Of a stretch of DNA of 64,000 nucleotides, positions 37,394-50,151 are shown piece after piece. The position numbers and the translations under genes were made by a program. A model generated the notes under the pieces. It was given only the letters and a program-made list of their open reading frames with translations, was not told the DNA's origin and did no database searches. Location of the stretch: assembly GCA_053919585.1 (NCBI GenBank), contig CM132790.1. The stretch is one strand, 5' to 3'. This stretch comes from Euprymna scolopes. Taxonomy: Eukaryota. How positions within the stretch are numbered: position 1 is the first letter of the stretch; each line of letters begins with the position of its first letter.

Positions 37394-37963
37394 TACATTG
37401 GGACGTTCCAAAAGTAATGCCTCTTATTGGTTTATTCCACCTGAATGGATCAGAGGAGATTGCAAATTGCATCATTATGATTGAACTTATGTATTCATGG
37501 CTTGAAAGTTTCATCTCTTTCTTGCAGATATTGACAGCGTGAGACTAAAAAAGCAGCAACTTCTGCCAAGGACAAGCATCAGAAGCAGAGATGCATTATT
37601 GAATTTCTGAGATTCAGTATATTGAGAATGGTGGTAACTATGTAGAAAAATAAATTCTGGAGCACAAAAGGTCGCTCACTTTAATGGTAGCATTCCCATC
37701 TTTGTAGCTCTTCAACTTTTGGAGTTAAAAAATAAGTTTTACTTTTGGAATGACCCTCATATGACGAAGCGCGCTCCGAACACCCATGCATAGCCATCGT
37801 TCATCACGAACAAAGTACATTGAGAATGGTGATGATAGTGTAGAAATTTATTCTTAAACACAAAAGATCGCTCGTTTTAATGGTAGCATTCCCATCTTTG
37901 TAGCTCTTCAACTTTTGGAGTTAAAAAAAAATAGGGGGCTTTACTTTTGGAACGACCCTCGTA
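37394..37963 (+). mobile_element. Mariner deletion derivative with duplicated 3' end
   Basis: Left TIR GGGACGTTCCAAAAGTAA versus right TTACTTTTGGAACGACCCTCG-TA. N-terminal KQRCIIEFL is followed almost directly by C-terminal YIENGGNYVEK*. A second right end lies at ~37739-37762. Confidence 0.8.
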
Positions 37964-39384
37964 TATATCTGTATATGTCAAAATAGATATGGTTTAATCC
38001 TAAATGAAGATATTTTTTAATTGTTGTTCAGGGATCTTTTATTTCTAACATTGTTTTTCATGATCTACAAATATACTACCAATGGATACTTTGCATATAT
38101 CCATTTTAAAAGTAGGCCTTCCAGCATCAAATATATCACACTGTATCAATTGATATTAGTTATATTTAGTACAATCAAATATTATATCTGATGATTATTT
38201 TTAAAAGAGAAGCTGAATGTATGTCAATAATCATCTTATCAAGATAACACGATATTTAAGCCTATGGGAAATGTATACCGAATCCAGCAAGATCAACGAG
38301 CGGGTTACCAGCATAAGTACAAACTTACATATCATATATCAAAGGAGCATCAAAAAAATATAGAAAAAAAAATCTCCAAATAGACTGAAAATCGGGAGGA
38401 AACAGATTTTATGAAAGGAAAAGATTTGAAAACAAAAAAGAAATACTTAAGAGATAAGAATTAGTGAAAGAATAGTACAATAAAAAAGTATAATAAAAAA
38501 AAAAAACTTATGTCTCCTTATGGATAGGTTCTCATGAAAATAGATTGATTAATGATGAGATATTTTTGTAATTTTTACGTCAGTTCAAATGAAGAAAGTT
38601 TTTTTGTTTTTTTTTCATTGTTTTAAATCCGATTGGCATTGCAAGACAAGGAACAATACCAATTTGAAAATACAACAAACATAATACAGGCATTGACCAT
38701 TTGTTGTGATCTGTACCGACTAGAAACTGACTGGTGATGACAGATCTAATTCAGAATTCACAGAATGCTATTCATTCATTTCAAATATCAATAAACGGAT
38801 ATTTTTTCTGAATATATATTTCTTTGTTGGTATTTTTATACATTTATTTATCTCACATTAGATGTGTATATGCTTATATATTTTTATTTAAAGGATTCAT
38901 AATATTAATTAATCAATCATTAGGAATCTTTGAAATGATCGAACACAATTTAGTTTTATGTGGTGAGGGCTTCATAAAAATTTAGATACCTCTAATTTTT
39001 GTGCAATATCAATAGGTATTAGACATCAATTAATAAATATTCCCAAAATTTCAGTTTCTTTGGGGATATTTAAAGGATTTCAGGAGCATAATATGGAAAT
39101 AACCTCCCATTTTAAAATTCAACTATTTCACATCGTAGAATTTGATCTATAATCATTAGATACTAATCAAGATTTCCTGAATTTCAATTTTAATAGCAAT
39201 TTTCTGGAATCAAAATCATGTAATGAATTATGATGAAAATTGGAATAAGGATTCTAGACATAAGATTTAGTATTACATTGGATACTTGTTTTAATTTTTC
39301 CAAGAGAACATAAAAATTGTACAAAACTTGTCTGTTAGGGAGGAACTGGTTTTACCTGTTCATGGACGGGGATTATAATATAAT

Positions 39385-40043
39385 ATCTACTATTATATAA
39401 AATTGTGTGTGTGCGTGTGTGTATGAGCTCATTCCCTATAGACTCTTCCTAAACAGCTGGGGCGATTTTTTTTTTTTAAATTTCACACAAATGTACTTTG
39501 TGTCTGGCAGTAGTCTTAGATAGACTTTGCATCAGAATGTCTTTGGTAAATATCGATAAGTAAAAAAAATCTGATGAAAGAAGGAACAGGCGATTTTGAC
39601 TAAAGTTAACGACTTATACAGCCTAACATCACAAGTGCATTTGAGAAGTTTTATTACTGTACAAGCAGAAAGGTCTGGCATATAAAATCAATAGTAGGTT
39701 CTTAGATACAACAGGAGCGCGTTCAAAATGAATATTTCTGTTTAGTGTACAATTGAACCGTGATATTTAACTTTTTCATTTTAAACTTTAATTCAAGCCA
39801 TCATATAAAAATAATTTTGTAAAATTAACAGTAGGTTCTCTACAGTGCAATGTAGATTACGTCACTACGTTACTACGGGGAGGCATGTGAAGCTTCCTCT
39901 CAGTACACCAGGATGGGTCACCAACTAGAGCAGGCAATTAATCGATTTGATTGAAAAATGGGTGATTTCACTGATTTCGATGTCAATAAAATATGGGAAG
40001 GTGAAACATTTGTGGATCCTTATTCAATCCTGGGCAACATCGG

Positions 40044-40050
<7 letters not shown>
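39385..40050 (+). mobile_element. Non-autonomous Helitron; a related 3' end is at ~7110-7158
   Basis: A|TCTACTATTATATAAAATT(GT)n 5' end; 3' ATCCTTATTCAATCC.GGCAAC..CGG remnant hairpin shared with 7118-7146. Confidence 0.55.
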
Positions 40051-40096
<46 letters not shown>

Positions 40097-41419
40097 GTGG
40101 AGATGGTAATTAATAAAAACTGAAGAAAGTGCTCAATACACACGCGCACCAAATCTTAGCACCTTAATGAAAATTTGACGCAAGCAAGAACAACGCAGGT
40201 GTCTATGCATGCAGGCGCACATATGCACATATATTTGCACGCCAAGGCCGGCATGTATGTGCACCCGGAACCGTTTCTTTTAAGTATATATGTGTGTACG
40301 TGCGCATGTGGCTGCCCCTCTTCAAACAATTAACAACAAAATAATAACTAAAAATAAATAAAACGAATCATAGCCCCCCCCAAACATAAGTAAACACCCA
40401 ACAGCTCAAGACATACTTACCAAGAAATCACCTCACCAACGAGATGCTAAAAACTTTAACACTAAGACTCGAATTTTAAAGTAACACCCCCTCCTCCCAC
40501 CCCCACATATTTCCCTTCATGTATCCCTATGCCCTCAGCCACACCAGAAATGAACTTCCCAGACCCTCCCCTACAAGTTCCTTAAACCCCAAAACTAAAA
40601 CATTATGGACATACCAAACGCCCCCCCCCCACCTTCCCTTGTTCCCTTCCTCTCTTCCTCTTCTGCCCTCCTCCTCGCAAACCCCTCCTGACCTCATTCA
40701 CTCTTCCACTCTTTCATCCCAAAATAGTGAACATTTCCTCCTTAAAAGTCTGAGGAAGGCCAAAAAAAAAAACAGCCGTGTAGCCAAACAATAATGTACC
40801 TATTTACTATGCCTCCCCACGGGACAGAGTTAGACACCAGGGTCGTTTTTTAACGTGGAGAAAAGGTACAAAAATAAAAATTGTCTCAGTCGTGAAGGAT
40901 TTCTCCTCCACCGAAAGAGAACAAGAAATGGAAGTGCAGTATCTGAAGAACAGATACTACACTTTGATCTTGACCAAAAGGCCAGAATGTAACTTAACAG
41001 AAAGATACCGTAATAAAAAATAAAACGTGTATATATAGGTGTAGGTGTGTGTGTGTATACATACAAGTGTATAATGACAAGTTTACTGTAACTTCAGTTG
41101 TATTACAAGATCACAAAACATTTTTTATAAAAAGTAAAATGAATTTTACAGAAGCCAAGAATACAAATAAATACTGCAGGTAAAGTTAAGCTCAATGCTT
41201 AATCTATAGTCAAACACAGATTATATACTATAACTCAGTACAATGCAAATTTATAATTGTAACATTTATTATTTTGCAATGATTACACCCTAAAAAATCC
41301 AACGACAACAATATTTGTCCTTGTGTATATGTTTATGTTTGTATATGTTGTGTATATGTTTCCAAAATTTCAATTTCATATTCACATCGCAGGGTAAAAA
41401 ATTTACAATTATATGAATC

Positions 41420-41793
41420 TCTTTATCAATAAAATATTTCTTTATCAATACAATATTTCTTTATCAATAAAATATTTTTTTATCAATATAATATTTTTTT
41501 ATCAATAAAATATTTCTTTATCAATATAATATTTTTTTATCAATAAAATATTTCTTTATCAATATAATATTTTTTTATCAATAAAATATTTCTTTATCAA
41601 TATAATATTTTTTTATCAATAAAATATTTTTTATCAATAAAATATTTTTTATCAATAAAATATTTTTTTATCAATACAATATTTCTTTATCAATAAAATA
41701 TTTCTTTATCAATACAATATTTCTTTATCAATACAATATTTCTTTATCAATAAAATATTTTTTTATCAATATAATATTTCTTTATCAATATAA
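41420..41793. repeat. 19-bp AT-rich minisatellite (~20 copies)
   Basis: Unit TTT(C/T)TTTATCAATA(A/T/C)AATA. Confidence 0.95.
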
Positions 41794-42235
41794 TGCAAGC
41801 AATATAGAATTGAACTGTTCAATTATTATAAATACAAAAAAAAAGAAAAGTTCAGAAATCTTTTTTTTTCACTATGACCGACCAGTTTCTTCAGCTATTT
41901 CTGTATTCATACACGTTTTAATTATGAAAACCATTTACTATTCATGTTATTAAATTTGGAGTAAATTCTAAGGAAACATTTCCAAGCTTGTTTTGCCAAT
42001 ATTAAACAAAAAACAAATCTATCCTTATAATAAATATATACCTTAAAATTGTTTAATATTATTGCCCCCACTAATTTGGCCTCAATAAAGATAAAAAACA
42101 AACTATAACAAAACATTAAATATCCCTCTCTAGCGAACAGTGTATAGATACTTGATGGCTGATATGGGGGCGGCTTCATATTGAACTACTCCTACGCTCT
42201 ATGTCTAAAATGTCTATTGTAGGATTTGATTTATC

Positions 42236-44205
42236 TGATTGGTTAACCATCGGCATAGACAGCTATGTCCCTTCCAAGAAATTCCAACAGAAACCAAACA
42301 GCCAGCCACGATATACCCCTGAATGAGTTACTACCACTGCACACAGAAACCACTACTTCAATTGCTTTAAACATAATAGATGTTTTGAAACTAAAGTCAC
42401 CTTTAGAACGGCCAATAATCACTGCAAAAGGCCTATAGAAAATGTAAGAGAGTCATATGCTCAGTCCATCAAGAAAGTAAAAGAACAGAGGCTTGGTTAC
42501 CCTGACTTTTGACAAATAACAAACAAGGTTCTGAACAGATGCACGTCCTATCTCAACCACCATCAACAGGCCTCAGGTGATTTCGTTAGCATCTGACAAA
42601 GTCAACCTCTTTGCTAAATGCTTTACATCATGCTCAACCCTATACGATCAAGGCCACCTACACACTGAATTTCCTCCCAAAACCAAACATAATCTGAGTG
42701 ACATCCACATATCTGTTCATGATATTGCCAAACTCATCAAAAACCTTGATGTCAGCAAAGCAACTTGTCCTAACAATATTCTAGTCATAGTACTCAAAAA
42801 GTTGCAACAGGTACTAGCACTCATTCTTGCAAAGCTGTTCAATCGATGCCTAAAGGAGAAATGCTCCCCAACCCCTTGGAAAACGTTATTAGTTTGCCCA
42901 GCACTTAAAAATACTAGCAATCGGTCTTTTGCATCTCAGTACAGACCAATTAGTCTTCTGCCTCATGAGTAAGTTGCCTGAATCAGTGTTAAATAGAGAA
43001 ATTGGTAACCATCTCAGCAAAAACAATCTACTCAGTAACAAGCAATATTGATTTACAACTGATGTACTGACTAATTTTACATAAGATCAGTCTCAATAGG
43101 AGTTTCCTTTCAAGACATATCAAAGACATTTGGCAGGGTTTGGCATAAAGGTCTGCATTACAAGATTTCCAGCTATGGAATTTCTGGAAATGTCTTCTCA
43201 ACCATAGAATCTTTTCTCTTCAATAGTTTTATGCAAGTAGTCAAATGGGCAGAAGTCTGAAGCTCAATGCACCAATGCTGTTGTGCCTCAAGGATCTATC
43301 CTGGGACCAGCTCTATTCCATATTTTCATCAATGGTCTCTCAAGTCACATCTAAGTTTATTCATCAGCATATATACAGATAATAGCACTATCTATGGCAA
43401 CATTTCAAAGGTCAACAATGACCAAGATCTTTCGGATTTTCTCAGACTTTGAGCACATAATGCAATGGGGCAAAAGATTGCTGGTTAATTTTAATGCATT
43501 TAAAATCAAGCTTCTATCTTTTTACTATAAGCACCCTAATTAATATGAATGGCTCTCGTGTCAAAGAAGCTCTTTACTTTGACAAACTTTTGGGTCTGAT
43601 CTTCACTTTTAACTTGAAATGGAAGACTTACATCAAATCTGTTGCCAATGTTGCCAAAAAAATGGTTGCATTATTCTACCACTCCAGAAGGTATCTCACT
43701 CTTGATGCAATCATCTACGTGTTGGGAAGGAGTTGCTTGGAGCACCCTATCCTGCTTCGACAGAGTTCAAAACCTTCTATGAAATCTTCTAGGTAATGCA
43801 CTTTTCTCCTCCCTGCAACATCTTTCCAACAGAAGGTGCTGTGAGTCTGCTTTTACTCTATCGTTATTTTCATGGCAAGTCCTTACCTGAGCTACAATCA
43901 CAAAAAAAAAAAAAAAAAAAAAAAAACACTTGGCTAACAAGGGCTATCAATAATTTCCTCTACTCTCTATCTGTGCCTAAATCTAAATGCAAATTTCATG
44001 AACAAAACTTATTTTCTTTTTCCTCACTTGTAGACTTTTTTTGCTTATCTGCTTTCCAGATGACTACAATATGGCTGTCTTCAAGTCTAATGTAAGCAAG
44101 TTCTTGTTGAACTGTCCCCATTAAATAATCAAATTCTATCCAATTTCCACCACGTTATAGTCTCAGTGACCACCATGCACTCATAAATCCTTAAGTTTGA
44201 GTGAC
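42236..44205 (+). mobile_element. Old, frameshifted CR1-group LINE
   Basis: GIDSYVPSKKFQQKPNSQP, LAKLFNRCL, QYRPISLL, IYTDNSTIYG and WKTYIKSVA pieces across frames. Confidence 0.9.
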
Positions 44206-44964
44206 CTAATAATTGGTGACTCCCTTGTAAAAAAATTTAAAAAACTCAAGACAAAAACAAATATTTCGTTTGTTTGATATTAGATATAACAGTTCTGTGT
44301 TTGGTAATATTTCCAAGTGTACAGAAATTAGCATATCAAAACTAGTGACACCTAATGAATATTCAATGTTAAAAAGATCAAGCAAGCAATTTAGTTGTTG
44401 ATAAGAAATCAATACAATTTGTAGAGCAACCATAAACGGAAGCATGAGGTAAGCAAGAAAAAGGTGTAAAACATTCTACAAGGCAATTGTTCTTTGTTCA
44501 ACGCTTTATAAATGGATATATATGTAAGTAGAATTCAGTCAATTCCTAATACAAAAATTCAATATCTTGTCAATTTATAAACGCTGATGTAATGTGTTTG
44601 AAGTCATTCAATATCTTATTTTTGTTAACACCATTTTATTTGCTTATTCAAAAAAACATGTCAGTCAAGAGACTGCATACTTACAACATAAGGATAGTTA
44701 GAAGTTTTATCGAGGCCTTACTTCTCCCTAAGATATGAAGTATTCCCAAAATATTCCCTTGAAAATATTTACAACTAAAAAACTATTCATCTAATCAGGT
44801 TGAAAAATGCATGGTGGTTACTGCTATCAAAGAGCATTAGATCTATGCATTTATTTTGGAAAGATCGAAAATTGGAAATTCTATTGAAATTCTGACCATG
44901 ACTGCATTGAGTCACAATTAAAGTCATAATATACAGGACGTCATTGGCTACAAAAATCTCTACA

Positions 44965-46513
44965 ATAAAGCAACTGGTCCTGATGGCATTCCAATTATAG
45001 TCTTGAACTAGCTTCCATACTTACAAAGCTGTTTTAGCATTGTCTTAAGGAGAATTGCTTCCCAACACCCTGGAAAACTTCATCAGTATGCGCTATATTT
45101 AATTCAGGTGATCGGTCATCTTCCTCTCAGTACAGACCAATAAGTCTCCTGTGTGTCATGAGTAAGTTGCTGGAATCTATGTTAAATAGCGAAGTAGTCA
45201 ACCACCTCAGCAAAAATAACCTTCTTTGTGACATGCAATATGTTTCTGTTCTGCTAGATCTACAGCAGATGTGCTTACGGTTATATCTCATAGGATTACC
45301 GAATCTTGACAAAGGCTTCCTTTCTAGGGTAATTGCTCTTGACATATCAAAGGCCTTTGATAGGGCATAAAGGTTTACTTCACAAGATCTCCAGATATAC
45401 CATATCTGGAAATGTCAATTATGAAATCATTTCTCTCTGATAGGTTTATAGAGTAGTGGTTGATGAGCAGAAATCAGAAGCTCATAGCATCTTGATGGAG
45501 TCCCTCAAACGTCCATCCTAGGCCTTACTCCCTTCCTGATCAATAATCTCCCAAATCATATCCTAAGATCATTCGTAGACATTTATGCTGATGACACTAT
45601 TATCTATGGCAGCACATCAAAGGCGGTAAATGACCAAGTCCTATCTGATTCTCTCTCTTCTGATCTTGAGCATGTGGTACAATGGGGAAAGAGGTGACTG
45701 GTTACTTTTAATGCATCTCAAACTAAGCTTCTATCTTTACATCATCAATGTTCTGATCCCCATCTGGCATCAATTGAAATGGGGTGGCTCCATGTTTTAA
45801 CAAGGTTCTGGGCTTAACCTTTACTCCTGGTCTGAAATGGAACACGTACGTCAAATCCGTTTCCAAGGTCGCTGGAAAAATGGTGGGATCCTTCTACCAC
45901 TATAACAAATATTTCACTGCTGATGCAATTCTCTACCTATATAAAGGCCAGGTACGTCCAATGATGGCAGTACTGTTACCATATCTGGGAAGGAGCTGCT
46001 AGAAAGACCTTATCCTACTTTGACAAAGTTCAAAATAGACTTCATAGCCCAGTGGGGTATGCCCTTTTCTCTTCCCTGCAACCTCTTTCCCCACAGAAGA
46101 GATTATGAGCTTGTCTCAGCTTTATTATTATTTTCATGGCAAGTGCTCATTTGAGCTCCAATCTATGCCCCCCCTCACCAAACTTTCACGAAAAACACTC
46201 GTTTAGATGAAACCACTGTCAATAATTTCCACCACTCTTTATCTGTGCCTAAACCTAAACGTAGATTCCATGAACAAAGCTTCTTTCTTAGAACTGCACC
46301 CTGTGGAAGTCTTTCATTTGACTGTTTTCCTGCGGACTACAATTTGGTAGTCTTCAAGTCCAATGTAAACAAATTCTTGACGAACCGTCCCTTTGAGTAA
46401 TCCAATTTACCAAATTTCCATTATTATCCAATTGACTACTGTACACTCAATAACCTTTATCCTTGAGTGGCCTAAGGACCTTGATAAGTGTTGACTTCTA
46501 TGCAAAAAAAAAA
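44965..46513 (+). mobile_element. 5'-truncated CR1-group LINE, same family as 1-1085
   Basis: KATGPDGIP, QYRPISLL, ALDISKAFDR and IYADDT motifs; family 3' UTR motif; poly(A) followed by (AC)n. Confidence 0.93.
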
Positions 46514-47822
46514 CACACACACACACACAACTGAAGTTAGCCAAGTGTGAATTTCACCTTTGATCTAAATATCCCCAAATTACACCAGTTCTACGCTAGG
46601 CCATGGTCGATAGTCCATGCAAGTTTGATTTTATGATGATAGATTGTATATAAACAGTGACCAACTAGGCCATAAACATAAACTTCCAATTCGGCAAAGA
46701 AGACAAATGCAAAATTCACAGAGTTCAAATTTATTTTATGCTACAGATTGTAGTTTCGAACAGCATATAATAATGATATTAAAAGGTTATGCTTCCCCAA
46801 AAATGGATATGTACATAAAAACAAGTGCTGATAAAAATAACATTTCATGAAGAGAATTAATCAGTTCCTACAGAGTTATGATTAAGAAAACATCTGATTT
46901 ATAAACAGTTAATCAGAAACTAAGCAGCAGGTGAAACTTGCTCAGGTTACATTGAAGTTTATAAACTTCAGAAAACTGAAACGATCAACAGAATTGTAAG
47001 AAACAGAAATTCTATTCAAGTGTAAATGAAATTATCATTTGATTTGTAAAGGTATATTTTTTTAAAACAAAAAATCATTTAAAAAAATATATAGGCAAAA
47101 TTTTTATATCAAAATAAAAAGTTGATTGAAGTAATTTACATCATACTCATCAAAATTAGTTTTACCGCAATGATCGTTTATAGCTATTTTACATCACGTG
47201 ACCTATAGCAGAGATGTGAGTGACTAGAGCATCTGAAATAAACACTAATTTCACAACTGATTGTAAAATTGGAGGGGGGGGGACTCTCTCCAATTTTACC
47301 TCACCACTACACCTGAAGTTTAAAATAAAATTATCTTCATTTTCAGGCTATTGTAGATTTTAGGACCATAAATAAAAATAAAAAATATTTTGTTATGGGA
47401 GATAAATTCTGCACTTTCCTTTTTGAGGACAGGGATTTTTTCATACTGAAAGGTTAGTAAAAAAAATAATTACTTATCTACTACTAAACTTAGGTTCGAG
47501 TGGTAATCCCCCTAAAAGAGAACATAACACCGTAGTCATTCGGCAGAAATCAGTCATGGGTTTAAAAAACTCACATCCCTGTCATGGGTTTAAAAATCTC
47601 ACATTCCTGATATGGTATTTAGTAGTACTCTGCTGATAGCTGGAAAATTACCTCTGTAGTCCTAGCGTTCAAAAATTCTGGTGAGAGAACCAATTTGCAA
47701 AATTATCACTTTATCAGTTTCCTCCCGCTGTTCGCTAAAATCTTTGAATCAATCTAGAGATAGTTCATCTCATAAATACTAAACTTATTTCTGACAATCA
47801 GTATGGATTTAAGCAAGCCTGC

Positions 47823-49770
47823 TTTTTTTTTCCTGTTTTTTTTTTTTTTGTTTTTTTTTGAATTGAGCAGCAAAATGTCTGTCCGCCTTACACTTGAACT
47901 TCTGCATGTCAGTACAGTTGGGGAAGCAGGAACTTGAAAGGGAATTCCAAAGTCTAGCAGTTCTGGGGGAGAAACTATTAGAGTAGAAGAAGGCTTTCTT
48001 ACATCTAGGAGTGGAACTTTGCGGTTTGTTGAGGGTAGTTACGTCGAGGGGGTACAAGGACTTGTAGTTCGTCAGAGCATCCACCATTAAAATACTTGTA
48101 AAGCAGGTAGAGGGATGCAAAATTTTGTCGATGGGAAGAAGCTGAAGTTTAGATAACAGTTCAGAACCTACCAGGTTGGCAACTCTCTTTTGGACCCTGT
48201 CCAGAAGTGAGAGACTAGTAGCAGATGCACCAGCCCAAATGTGACAATACTCCATACATGGGCATATGGTGGCCTTGTAGAGGTACAGGATGACTTTCTA
48301 GCACGGTAGAGAGAGCCCAACTTCTTCGCAGCAGCCACGCTCTCAATGTATCTGTTTCAACTCATGTTCCTATGGACATTAAGCCGAGGAATTTGAAAGA
48401 AGTACTTTCAGGTAATGTATCTTTAGCTATAGCTATTGGTGGTTGAGAAGGTTTCTTGTAATTATTAAATAAAACAAGCTTAGTCTTGGCAGCATTAAAC
48501 GTTTCCATCCATTTTCGACACCATTCCACTACAGATTGGAGGTCTCCCTCAAGGGTTTCCTATATTGCCTTGGATATGTGTTCATTCGTTTTCCCCTCAT
48601 GCCTGTTATAGAGCGTGGTGTCGTCAGCAAATATACCCATTTTAGAGACAATTTTATTAGGGAGATCATTTATGAATATCAGGAATAATAGAGGTCAAAG
48701 GATCGACCCTTGAGATACACGCGCGTTTATATCATACTGTTTGGATGTACAACCATCAAGGACAACCTGGATTCTTCTTTTATTTAAGAAGGATTTAATT
48801 ATTTTGAGGATTCGTTCAGTAATACTATAGGATCTGATTTTCATTAGAAAACCATCATGCCATACCCTGTCAAAAGCCTTAGATATATCTAGGGCTACTG
48901 CCCTCCCCTCTCCTGCTTTATTCAGTGCATGGTGTATACGTTCAGAGATTACAGCTAGAATATCTGCAATAGAACGGGCTTGCCTAAATCCATATTGTTG
49001 GTCGGACAGAATTTTAGCAACTGTGAAGTGGTGGACTAGAGCTTGATTAATTATGGACTCAAATATTTTGGTGAAAAGAGGGATGGGACCATAATTTAAT
49101 AGATCAGTTTTCTTGTAAAATGGTGCCACAGAAGCAGTTTTCCAGCAGTCAGGAAAGCAAGATTCATTAAGGCATTTGTTAAAGAGTTTGGAGAGAACTG
49201 GAACAACATTAGTGGAGCATTTTTTTAATAGTACAGTTGGCATGAGATCAGATCCATATACTTTTGAGGTGTCTAGGATTTTTATGATATCATGAACTTG
49301 AGAGGAGGTGCTTTTCAGATCATCTGGTGTTGTTTCTGTCCACAAAGGAAAGTCGGGAAGGGAGTGGTTTGCTGGGTCCAAAGTAGAATTTAAGGCAAAC
49401 TGATGGGCAAGCATGTTAGCTTTCTCAGTTGCCGTGCAAACCTCATGATTGTTGGATAGTGGGGGAATTATTGATTGCCCATTATTTACTACACTGTTGT
49501 AGATTTTCAAAAAATCACAAGTTCCTAGTTTCTGCGCTTCAGTGTGTTTTCCAGTGGTTTTGATATATTCTCTCTTAGCTGTCACTATTTCTTTCTTACA
49601 ATTACTTATAGCTTCTATAAGCTTTTGTCTGTTTGTACTGGGCTTATGCTGGATAAATCTGCGGTATGCATGTTGCCTATGAGCAATGGCAGTTGCGCAA
49701 GTAAACCATTGGGGAGAGTGGGGTTTGCTATAGAACTTCCGTGTGGGAACATGTGCTTCAATTGCTGCTA
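47823..49770 (-). mobile_element. CR1-group LINE (second family) nested antisense in the host LINE
   Basis: Track ORF 48695-49804 (QYGFRQARS, ALDISKAFDRVWH, VSQGSIL), then IFADDT, MEYCHIWAGA and an A-rich tail. Confidence 0.93.
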
Positions 49771-49912
49771 TATTCAAATGGACACAATTTAATTGGGAGG
49801 TCATTTATTGAATAATTCTATTGCAGATATCTTAAAGGTCATCTCTTAACACATACCATACACAGGACAAGGTTTATGAAGATAGAGCAGTAGTACTTGA
49901 TATATCTAAAAC

Positions 49913-50151
49913 TGTAAAATGTTTTTGACTCTTAATGGGGGTATGAGACGAATGGATTCGCCAATCATTTTTATAACCAACGGCTGCGCTAAACAACCAA
50001 TGAAAACGTTTCAAAATTATTATAAAAATTGTCGAATGTTGGATTCAATCAGTTCGCCGTTAACTACGCCACGGACCGCATTTGATTCTTGGCCGCCATC
50101 TTGGTTACTGATCTGAACTACGCCGCCATCTTTGTTCAACACAATGTCTCA
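49913..50151. mobile_element. 239-bp solo-LTR-like insertion
   Basis: TG...CA ends; 4-bp TSD AAAC (49909-49912, 50152-50155); interrupts the DISK|xKVW motif of the host LINE; CpG-rich. Confidence 0.65.

Noticed and set aside
38010-38350. Coding-like minus-strand stretch, possibly an old viral or Polinton fragment
   Set aside because: Many stops and no motif I can name.
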